DNA from: Kiritimatiella glycovorans
Lineage (GTDB): Bacteria > Verrucomicrobiota > Kiritimatiellia > Kiritimatiellales > Kiritimatiellaceae
Direction of reading: 5' to 3'
NCBI RefSeq assembly: GCF_001017655.1
Contig: NZ_CP010904.1
Location: 2,520,001-2,552,000 of the forward strand
Length of the DNA stretch: 32,000 nt
The position numbers and the translations under genes were made by a program. The notes beneath the pieces were generated by a model. It made no database searches and had not been told where the DNA came from. It worked only from the letters and a program-made list of their open reading frames with translations. This document shows, one piece after another, positions 21,728-29,271 of this stretch. The stretch's first letter is position 1. Each line of letters begins with the position of its first letter.

Positions 21728-23029
21728 TTATTCCCTTCCGCTCTTCCGCGAATCCCCCGCATCTCTTTGTGGCCCGTCTCCCGACACATCATAACTCTTC
21801 CTCCGCATCGGTTCGCTGGCCATTTCCCGTTCGACGCCGATTTCGACCTTTTTCACGGCGGGGAGCTTTTCCCGCACCCGCTCACGGACTTCGCCGAACA
21901 CCGCGCCGTATTGATCGGGCGGAATCTCGATGCGCACGACGACATCAAACGCGAGCCGCATATCGCCCTCCCCGCCGCTGACCCGGATGTCGTGCACCTC
22001 GCGCAGCCGGTCGTCGGCGTCCACGATCTCCTGCAGCGCCGCACGCACCGGTTCGTAGGCGGGATGGCGGAAGTCGACCGGATCGACGTGCGCCACGGCG
22101 CGGCGACCGGTCCTTTCGACCGCCTCCTCCGCCCGCTCCGCAATTTCGTGGGCCTCGTAGACGGTGAGCGCCCCGGAGACCTCGACATGGAAGGAGACCA
22201 GGGCGATATCGCCGTAGCTGTGCACCACGATATCGTGCGCATCGCGCACACCCTGCACGGACTTTATTTTGTGTTCCAGGTCCAGCAGTTCTTCCCCCGA
22301 GGGCGCCGTGCCGAGCAGTGCGCGTAAGGCGTCGCGTGCGTAGCGTACGCCGATGGCGGCGATGAACAACGAGACGCCGATGGCCGCCCAGCCGTCCACA
22401 GCCGGCCAGCCGACCACCGCCCCGCCGAGCGCCACCAGCGCAAGGGCGGTGCTGGCGATATCGAATCCGTGGTTCCAGGCGTCGGCTTCAAGGACCCGTG
22501 ACCGGGTGACGCGCGCGAGCGCCCGGGCAAAACACGCCAGCCAGGCCTTCACGGCCAGGGTCGCGACCACCACCGCCAGCACCTGCGGGGTCACGCGGAT
22601 CGGCTCGGGCTGCAGCAGGCGCAGGATTCCGCCGCGGGCCAGTTCAATGGCGACGATGATAAAGGCGATCGCCAGGACGAGGGCGCTGATGTACTCCGCG
22701 CGGCCGTAGCCGAAAGGGTGGCGGCGATCCCGGGGGCGACGCGCCATGCGGAACCCCGCGGCGACGGCCACACTGCTTCCCACGTCGGTAAGGTTGTTCA
22801 ACCCGTCGGCGATCAGGGCCACGCTGTTGGCCGCGAACCCGAAGATCAGCTTGACCAGGCACAACAGCGCGCTGAAGACGGTGCTGACCACCCCTTCCCA
22901 CCACCCGATGCGGGTGCGATATTCCGAGTCGGCGGGGTCGGAGCCCTCCGGGACCAGGCGGCGGACCAGCATACGGGCCCACGGCTCAGCGATCCCGGCT
23001 CCGCTTTCACTCACGGCACGCACACGCAC
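21728..23029 (-). CDS. Cation diffusion facilitator (CDF) family metal efflux transporter
   Basis: The TM region carries ALIADGLNNLTDVGSS...RRHPFGYGRAEYISAL, followed by a C-terminal cytoplasmic domain. The start is uncertain: GTG at 23029 in the track, or an internal Met at ~22972. Confidence 0.8.
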   Translation of the reverse strand: MRVRAVSESGAGIAEPWARMLVRRLVPEGSDPADSEYRTRIGWWEGVVSTVFSALLCLVKLIFGFAANSVALIADGLNNLTDVGSSVAVAAGFRMARRPRDRRHPFGYGRAEYISALVLAIAFIIVAIELARGGILRLLQPEPIRVTPQVLAVVVATLAVKAWLACFARALARVTRSRVLEADAWNHGFDIASTALALVALGGAVVGWPAVDGWAAIGVSLFIAAIGVRYARDALRALLGTAPSGEELLDLEHKIKSVQGVRDAHDIVVHSYGDIALVSFHVEVSGALTVYEAHEIAERAEEAVERTGRRAVAHVDPVDFRHPAYEPVRAALQEIVDADDRLREVHDIRVSGGEGDMRLAFDVVVRIEIPPDQYGAVFGEVRERVREKLPAVKKVEIGVEREMASEPMRRKSYDVSGDGPQRDAGDSRKSGRE

Positions 23030-23178
23030 CTCAGCACCGGGGCCGGCAGCACGGGGTTCAACACCTTGGACGTTTCCATGACACTCCTTCCGGTTCGTGT
23101 TGGCGGGCCGGGGTTGCGGTTGCGTCGAACCGCCGCTGCGGCTAGATTATGTCCATGAGAAAGGTTGAAGAGTAAAGC

Positions 23179-23685
23179 ATGTTTCCTTTTAAGCGCCGCT
23201 TTCACATCCTGATCGTCTGCCGGAACAACGTGACGCGCAGCGCCTTCTTCGAGGGCTATCTTATCCATTACCTGCGCCGGTACCGTCCCCGCGCCCTTCG
23301 AAAGATCGCACTCCGTTCGGCGGGCGTCCAGGCCTCCGAGGGCAATTCCGCGCACGCCGTGGTGCAGTTCATCGCGCGCCGCGAAGGATTCCGGCTCACC
23401 GGTCACCGCTCCACCCCCCTCTCCGACCGGCTCCTGAAGTGGGCGGATCTCGTGCTCACGATGAGCGCCGGGCAGCGGGACGAAATCCTGGCGAACTGGC
23501 CGGAGACGGACGGCGGCAAAGTGTATCGGCTGGCCGATTACGGCTGGGGGGAGGAGGACGGCGGGGACCTGGACATGCCCGATCCGACGGGGCGCGAAGC
23601 GGAGGACTTCCAGGGATTCGTCGACCGGGCCCGCACGGAGGCGGACCGGCTGCTTTACGAACTGGTCCACCGGCAGATCATCTGA
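23179..23685 (+). CDS. Low-molecular-weight protein tyrosine/arginine phosphatase family protein
   Basis: P-loop ILIVCRNNVTRS (CX5R-S) near the N-terminus and a downstream D-P motif (DMPDPTG). Confidence 0.7.
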   Translation: MFPFKRRFHILIVCRNNVTRSAFFEGYLIHYLRRYRPRALRKIALRSAGVQASEGNSAHAVVQFIARREGFRLTGHRSTPLSDRLLKWADLVLTMSAGQRDEILANWPETDGGKVYRLADYGWGEEDGGDLDMPDPTGREAEDFQGFVDRARTEADRLLYELVHRQII

Positions 23686-23711
23686 CGCCGGTGGTTCACG
23701 GCCGGCGCCGG

Positions 23712-24392
23712 CTAGCCGTCCGGCATCAGGAAGTCGCGGTACAGCTCGTAGTTATCCATCAGGTGCTGAATCTTGGCCTTGAGCTCCTTCTGATCCTGCG
23801 GGGCGGCGTTCTGATAGCTTTTGATGAGGTCGACGAAGACCTCCTGCACCTTCGGTGGCTGGTACTGGCCGGTATTCTTGAACCAGTTCAGCGCCTCGTA
23901 CGTGAAAAAGGTCTTCTGAAACTCGTCTTCGTCGACTCGGCGTACGACGATCTGCTGGAGCATGCGCATCATGACGTCACGCGCCGTGTTGCGCACGGAG
24001 GGGGACACCGCGTTGGTGGCGGTGACGTGGAACTGCGTGAACGTCTCCATCGCCTGTTCGTAGGAAAAATAGAGATCGGCGACCTTTTCGCCGTCGTCCA
24101 CCCGGAAATGCTCCGCCCACACCAGCTCGCCCTTCAAGGCGGCCGCGGTGAATCGGTTCGGATCCTTCCCGGTGAGAAAGACCTTCTCGCCGTCGGAATC
24201 GAAGCGATCCGAGCGCAGGTTGCCGATGCGGACCGTGACGGGCGAGGCATCCGCGTCCTGCCGCTTCAGCACTACACGATTCCAGGCCTTCACATCGACC
24301 ACTTCGTACCATTCCGCGGGAACGGTGGAGACGAAGGCGCCCGCCAGGAGGAGCGCCGTGATTACCGCGAGTTTGCGACTTCCGATTTTCAT
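23712..24392 (-). CDS. Hypothetical exported or membrane-anchored protein
   Basis: Track ORF 23712-24428 starts at TTG. I prefer the ATG at 24392 (MKIGSRKLAVITALLLAGAFVSTVPA, a signal or anchor sequence). I recognise no family. Confidence 0.65.
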   Translation of the reverse strand: MKIGSRKLAVITALLLAGAFVSTVPAEWYEVVDVKAWNRVVLKRQDADASPVTVRIGNLRSDRFDSDGEKVFLTGKDPNRFTAAALKGELVWAEHFRVDDGEKVADLYFSYEQAMETFTQFHVTATNAVSPSVRNTARDVMMRMLQQIVVRRVDEDEFQKTFFTYEALNWFKNTGQYQPPKVQEVFVDLIKSYQNAAPQDQKELKAKIQHLMDNYELYRDFLMPDG

Positions 24393-24429
24393 GGTCGGCA
24401 GTATCGCGCCGGACACCCCCCGAGGCAAT

Positions 24430-24628
24430 GGAAATCGGGATGGTCTCTTTGCTTACGGAGATCGTGGAAAACGTGGCAGTCGTGGAAATCGGGATGCCTT
24501 CTTTTCCTTACGGAGATCGTGAAAATCGTGGCAGTCGTGGAAATCGGGATGGTTCCTTTTACTTACGGAGATCGTGGAAATCGTGGCAGTCGTGGAAATC
24601 GGGATGCCTTCTTTTCCTTACGGAGATG
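24430..24628. repeat. Tandem repeat, about 3.6 copies of a 54-55-bp unit with alternating variants
   Basis: Units start at 24430, 24484, 24539 and 24594: GGAAATCGGGATG[GTCTCTTTGC|CCTTCTTTTCC|GTTCCTTTTAC]TTACGGAGATCGTG(G)AAAA(T)CGTGGCAGTCGT. Units 2 and 4 are identical over their shared length. Confidence 0.9.
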
Positions 24629-24652
24629 ACCGTGAACGGGGGGGGCGGGCGA

Positions 24653-24681
24653 TTGACGCCCCGACCGCGCTCCGCTACACT
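24653..24681 (+). promoter_or_regulatory. Sigma70-like promoter TTGACG-N17-TACACT for tRNA-Ser
   Basis: The -10 element ends 21 nt upstream of the mature tRNA 5' end. Confidence 0.45.
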
Positions 24682-24702
24682 GCGCCGCGCTGCATACTTA
24701 AA

Positions 24703-24796
24703 GGAGGGTTGGCAGAGTCCGGTTGATTGCGCACGACTCGAAATCGTGTAGGCGGTTGATCCCGCCTCGGGGGTTCGAATCCCTCACCCTCCGCCA
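24703..24796 (+). tRNA. tRNA-Ser (anticodon CGA), type II, CCA encoded
   Basis: GGAGGGTTGGCAGAGTCCGGTTGATTGCGCACGACTCGAAATCGTGTAGGCGGTTGATCCCGCCTCGGGGGTTCGAATCCCTCACCCTCCGCCA. Acceptor GGAGGGT/ACCCTCC, anticodon loop CTCGAAA, long variable arm. Confidence 0.93.
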
Positions 24797-24805
24797 CTTC
24801 TACCG

Positions 24806-25402
24806 ATGAAACTCGTACTGGCGACACGCAATCCCCATAAGCGGGAAGAAATCGAGGCGATCTTCGATGGCCCCGGTCTCGATATCGTCGCCCTGGATGC
24901 CTTTCCCGACGCCCCGGAGGTGGAGGAGGACCGCGATACGTTCGAGGGCAACGCGATCAAGAAGGCCGTCGAAATCGCGCGGTGGACGGGGCTGCGGGCT
25001 CTGGCCGACGACTCGGGACTCGAGGTCGACGCCCTCGGCGGCGCGCCGGGCGTATGGTCGGCGCGCTACGCCGGGCCGGAGGCGGACTACGAGGCCAACA
25101 ATCGCAAGCTGCTTGCCGCCCTCGCCGGCGCCGGGGACCGCACCGCCCGTTTCCGCACCGTGATGGCGCTGGCGGACCCCGACGGCACGGTCCGCACGGT
25201 GGAGGGTTCATGCGAAGGCGCCATCACGGAGGAACCGCGCGGGATGCGCGGATTCGGTTACGACCCGCTGTTCGTACTCCGGGGCGACACGCGCACGTTC
25301 GCGGAACTCGACGCCGCGGAAAAGAACCGGGTGTCCCACCGCGCCCGCGCCCTGCACAAGGCGCGGGAGGCCTGGACCGGGCTCCTCTCGGAGGAGATGT
25401 AA
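24806..25402 (+). CDS. rdgB: dITP/XTP pyrophosphatase (RdgB/HAM1 family)
   Basis: MKLVLATRNPHKREEIEAI...LADDSGLEVDALGGAPGVWSARYAG...GFGYDPLF...AELDAAEKNRVSHRARAL. Confidence 0.9.
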   Translation: MKLVLATRNPHKREEIEAIFDGPGLDIVALDAFPDAPEVEEDRDTFEGNAIKKAVEIARWTGLRALADDSGLEVDALGGAPGVWSARYAGPEADYEANNRKLLAALAGAGDRTARFRTVMALADPDGTVRTVEGSCEGAITEEPRGMRGFGYDPLFVLRGDTRTFAELDAAEKNRVSHRARALHKAREAWTGLLSEEM

Positions 25403-25405
25403 CGG

Positions 25406-26203
25406 ATGGCCGCCGGCACCCCCCTGCTCGAGGTCGAAGACCTGCGCGTGACGTTTTCGCAGGCTGGCGCAGCGACCCGGGCGGTGGACGGGATTTCCTT
25501 CTCCGTCGGACGGGGCGAAACCGTCGCGCTCGTCGGAGAAAGCGGGAGCGGGAAGAGCGTCACCGCCCTCGCCCTGGGCGGACTCGTTCCGCCGCCCGGA
25601 CGGGTCGAGGCCGGGCGCATCCGCCTGGGCGATCAGCGGCTCGAACACACCAACGAACGGGAACTGAGCCGGATGCGGGGGAACCGCCTCGCCTATATCT
25701 TCCAGGAACCCGCCATGGCGCTCAATCCCGTCTTCCGCATCGGATGGCAGATCGCCGAAGCGATAAAACTTCACCGGCGCGACGTGGCCGTCCGTCCCGA
25801 GATCGAACGCCTGCTCGAACGCGTGCGGCTGCCGTCCCGTGTGCGGCGCGCCTACCCCCACGAACTGAGCGGCGGCATGCAGCAGCGCGCGATGCTCGCG
25901 ATGGCGCTGGCCTGCGATCCCGAACTGCTGGTGGCCGACGAACCCACCACCGCGCTGGACGTCACGGTGCAGGAGGAGATCCTCAAACTCCTCGTCCGGC
26001 TGCGCGGGGAGACGGGCATGTCGATCCTGCTGATCACCCATAACTTCGGCCTGGTCTCCGGCATCGCGGAACGCCTCTACGTCATGAACGCGGGCCGGAT
26101 CGTCGAGCACGGGCCCACGGGGGAAGTGCTCCGGCACCCCCGGGATGCGTATACCCGGCGGCTCATCGACGCCATACCCCGTCTTCATCCGGCGGGAGAA
26201 TGA
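25406..26203 (+). CDS. ABC transporter ATP-binding protein, peptide/nickel (DppD/OppD-like) type
   Basis: Walker A GESGSGKS, signature LSGGMQQRAMLAMALA and Walker B LLVADEPTTALD. Confidence 0.85.
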   Translation: MAAGTPLLEVEDLRVTFSQAGAATRAVDGISFSVGRGETVALVGESGSGKSVTALALGGLVPPPGRVEAGRIRLGDQRLEHTNERELSRMRGNRLAYIFQEPAMALNPVFRIGWQIAEAIKLHRRDVAVRPEIERLLERVRLPSRVRRAYPHELSGGMQQRAMLAMALACDPELLVADEPTTALDVTVQEEILKLLVRLRGETGMSILLITHNFGLVSGIAERLYVMNAGRIVEHGPTGEVLRHPRDAYTRRLIDAIPRLHPAGE

Positions 26204-27033
26204 GAATGAACGCAATGGAGGATACATCAGGGCGTAAGGACCGAAGGATCCCGCTGGTGGAGACCGGGGGGCTTGAGGTCACCTACGGCACGGGCCGGGA
26301 AAAGGTCCGCGCCGTTCGCGGCGTCGATCTGGCGATCGCCCCCGGCGAGGCGCTGGGGCTGGTCGGCGAGAGCGGATGCGGTAAGAGTTCACTGGGACGT
26401 GCGCTGCTCAGACTGGAAGATCCGTCTTCCGGCGAAGTGCTCTTCGAGGGTTCCCCCGTGACCGGGCTGAGGGGGGCGGCCCTCAAAGCGTTCCGCCGTC
26501 GCGCCCAGATCATCTTCCAGGACCCCTTCGGATCGCTGAATCCCAGGCTCAAGGTGGGGCGCGCGATCGAGGAAGTGCTCCATATTCACGGACTCGGCGC
26601 GGACAACCCGGCGCGCCGGCGCAGGGTGCGCGAGCTGCTCGACGACGTCGGCCTCGAACCCGCGTTCGCCGACCGCTATCCGCATGAATTCAGCGGCGGG
26701 CAGCGACAGCGCATCTGCATCGCCCGCGCCCTCGCACTCGACCCCGTATTCCTCGTCGCCGACGAACCCGTCTCCGCCCTCGACGTCTCCGTCCAGGCCA
26801 ATATCCTGGACCTCCTGCGCCGCATCCGCGCCGAACGCGACATCGCCATGCTCTTCATCAGCCACGACCTCGCCGTGGTGCGCGCCGTCTGCGAGCGGAT
26901 CGCCGTCATGAAAGACGGGGAAATCGTGGAAACCGGAACCGCCGACCAGGTCTGCGACCGCCCCCGCCACGCCTATACGAAAAAGCTTCTCTCCGCCGTA
27001 CCCGATCTCGCGGGGATCGGGGAGGGAGCATGA
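26200..27033 (+). CDS. ABC transporter ATP-binding protein, peptide/nickel (DppF/OppF-like) type
   Basis: Walker A GESGCGKSS, signature FSGGQRQRICIARALA and Walker B FLVADEPVSALD. ATGA overlap with the upstream ATPase gene. Confidence 0.85.
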   Translation: MRMNAMEDTSGRKDRRIPLVETGGLEVTYGTGREKVRAVRGVDLAIAPGEALGLVGESGCGKSSLGRALLRLEDPSSGEVLFEGSPVTGLRGAALKAFRRRAQIIFQDPFGSLNPRLKVGRAIEEVLHIHGLGADNPARRRRVRELLDDVGLEPAFADRYPHEFSGGQRQRICIARALALDPVFLVADEPVSALDVSVQANILDLLRRIRAERDIAMLFISHDLAVVRAVCERIAVMKDGEIVETGTADQVCDRPRHAYTKKLLSAVPDLAGIGEGA

Positions 27034-27270
27034 GAGTCAGAGTTTGAGACCTGAGTGAAGAGCTGAGTGGGAGTGAAGAGCTGAGTGGGAGGGCTGAGAC
27101 CTGAGACCTGAGTAAGAAATCTGAGTGATGATCTCTTACTCAAGTTTCAGGTCTCAGGCTTCTCACTCACTCTTACTCAGGCTTCAGGTCTCAGGTTTCT
27201 CACTCACTCTTACTCAGGTTTCAGGTCTCAGGTCTCACACTCAAGAATGTCTCAGGCCTCCCACTCAATC
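27034..27270. repeat. Repeat family C, copy C2, arranged as a ~230-bp imperfect palindrome
   Basis: Family C units run in plus polarity to about 27130 and in reverse-complement polarity afterwards. The perfect inner stems are 27110-27117 with 27134-27141 (8 bp) and 27094-27104 with 27147-27157 (11 bp). Confidence 0.8.
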
Positions 27271-27447
27271 CTACAATTTCAGTTCTTCGTAAATTTACGA
27301 AGAACTTCTCTTGTCCTCATCTCTTGTCAAAGATGGCAGTCTTCCTCCCTTTCTCCTTTGCGCGGAGGCGAAGCGCCTGATATCCTGCCCCGATCATTTT
27401 CAACGGCCCTGCGGCCCCGGTCCGCGGGGCGCGAACCCGGAACGACG

Positions 27448-29271
27448 ATGGCGAAGAAACAGGCGCACCAGTACACCGAAGACAAGGTCAAGACCCTCTC
27501 CTCGCTCGAGCATATCCGTACCCGCACCGGTATGTACATCGGGCGGCTCGGCGACGGCTCGAACTACGAGGACGGCATCTACATCCTGCTCAAGGAGGTC
27601 CTCGACAACGCGGTCGACGAGTTCATCATGGGGTACGGCCGCAAGGTCGACTTGACGATCGAGGAGTCCACGGTATCGGTCCGCGATTACGGCCGCGGCA
27701 TCCCGCTGGGTAAGGTCGTCGAATGCGTCTCGCGGATCAATACCGGCGCGAAGTACAACAACGACGTATTCCAGTTCAGCGTGGGGCTGAACGGCGTGGG
27801 CACCAAGGCGGTCAACGCCCTCTCCACCGAATTCACGGTGCGCAGCCACCGCGAGGGACGCTTCTTCCAGGCCGACTTCGAGCGCGGTGAACCGGTCAAC
27901 GAAAAGAAGGGTAAAACGGATGAACCGGACGGCACGTTTATCCGCTTCACCCCCGACCCCGAGATCTTCGGAACCTACGCCTTCCGCGAAGAACACCTCG
28001 AACGCCGCCTGCGCTTCTATGCGTATCTCAACGCGGGCCTCAAGCTCATCTACAACGGCGCGCGGATCGAATCGGAGGGCGGCATCCTCGATCTGATCGA
28101 GGACGAAACCTCGTATGAGAAGCTCTACGGCCCCCTGCACTACCGCGACAAGAAACTCGAGTTCGCCTTCACTCACACCAACCGGTTCAGCGAGGACTAC
28201 TTCTCGTTCGTCAACGGACAGTACACGACGGGCGGCGGGACACACCTGAGCGCCTTCCGCGAGGGGATCCTGCGCGCCGTCAACGAATACTCGAAGGGCC
28301 GGTATTCCGGCGACGACGTACGCGAGGGGATGCTGGGCGCGATCTCCGTACGCCTGCAGGACCCCGTCTTCGAGTCGCAGACCAAGAACCGCCTCGGCAA
28401 CACCGAAATCCGCTCCGACCTGGTCAACGAGATCCAGCAGCGCGCGGTGGAACTCCTGCACCGCAACAAACCCGAAGCGGAGAAGATGATCAACAAGATC
28501 GTCGAGACGCAGAAATTCCGCAAGGAACTCAACGCCGTTAAGAAACTCGCCCGGGAGCGTTCGAAGGCGATCTCGATTCGCGTTCCGCAGCTCAAGGACT
28601 GCAAGAAACACCTGGACAAGACCGCCGGAAAGCACACGGACACGATGATCTTCATCACCGAGGGGCAGTCCGCCGCCGGCTCGCTGGTGAGCTGCCGCGA
28701 CGTGCATACCCAGGCGATCTACACGCTGAAGGGCAAGCCGCTCAACGTCTGCGACCTGAAAAAAGACGCCCTGTACAAAAACGAGGAGATCTTCAACCTG
28801 ATGAAGAGCCTCGACATCGAGGAATCGATCGACCGCCTGCGCTACCAGCACGTGATCCTCGCCACGGACGCGGATGTCGACGGCCTGCACATCCGCAACC
28901 TGATGCTCACCTTCTTTCTCCGATTCTTCCCCGAACTGGTGCAGGACGGGCATCTGGAGATTCTCGAGACACCGCTCTTCCGCGCGCGGACGAAGAAGAA
29001 GACCCTCTACTGCTACTCGGAGGAGGAGCGCGACCGCGCGGTGGAGGAACTGGGCAGGCAGTGCGAAGTGACCCGGTTCAAGGGTCTGGGCGAGATCTCG
29101 CCGGACGAGTTCAAGGGGTTTATCAACGAGGACATGCGCCTGACGCCGGTTCGGATGAAGGGCGAGCACTCGATCGCGGAGACCCTGAGTTTCTACATGG
29201 GACGCAACACGCCGGACCGGCGCGAGTACATCATGAATCACCTCGTGATCGACGAAGAGGTGCTGCGATGA
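27448..29271 (+). CDS. parE: Type IIA DNA topoisomerase subunit B (ParE-like, ~607 aa)
   Basis: From the internal ATG 27448 of track ORF 27247-29271. YTEDKVKTLSSLEHIRTRTGMYIG..LLKEVLDNAVDE (GHKL ATPase), the Toprim block EGQSAAGS, and ILATDADVDGLHIRNLMLTFF. Confidence 0.85.
   Translation: MAKKQAHQYTEDKVKTLSSLEHIRTRTGMYIGRLGDGSNYEDGIYILLKEVLDNAVDEFIMGYGRKVDLTIEESTVSVRDYGRGIPLGKVVECVSRINTGAKYNNDVFQFSVGLNGVGTKAVNALSTEFTVRSHREGRFFQADFERGEPVNEKKGKTDEPDGTFIRFTPDPEIFGTYAFREEHLERRLRFYAYLNAGLKLIYNGARIESEGGILDLIEDETSYEKLYGPLHYRDKKLEFAFTHTNRFSEDYFSFVNGQYTTGGGTHLSAFREGILRAVNEYSKGRYSGDDVREGMLGAISVRLQDPVFESQTKNRLGNTEIRSDLVNEIQQRAVELLHRNKPEAEKMINKIVETQKFRKELNAVKKLARERSKAISIRVPQLKDCKKHLDKTAGKHTDTMIFITEGQSAAGSLVSCRDVHTQAIYTLKGKPLNVCDLKKDALYKNEEIFNLMKSLDIEESIDRLRYQHVILATDADVDGLHIRNLMLTFFLRFFPELVQDGHLEILETPLFRARTKKKTLYCYSEEERDRAVEELGRQCEVTRFKGLGEISPDEFKGFINEDMRLTPVRMKGEHSIAETLSFYMGRNTPDRREYIMNHLVIDEEVLR

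Noticed and set aside
24430-24628. Possible CRISPR array (regularly spaced ~55-bp periodicity)
   Set aside because: The whole unit repeats, including the would-be spacers: units 2 and 4 are identical and units 1 and 3 differ by a few bases. There are no unique spacers and no cas genes, so this is a minisatellite.
24982-26227. 353-aa plus-strand ORF (24982-26043) and 339-aa minus-strand ORF (25208-26227)
   Set aside because: They are off-frame or antisense to rdgB and the first ABC ATPase. The translations are extreme in Arg/Gly/Pro/Ala content.
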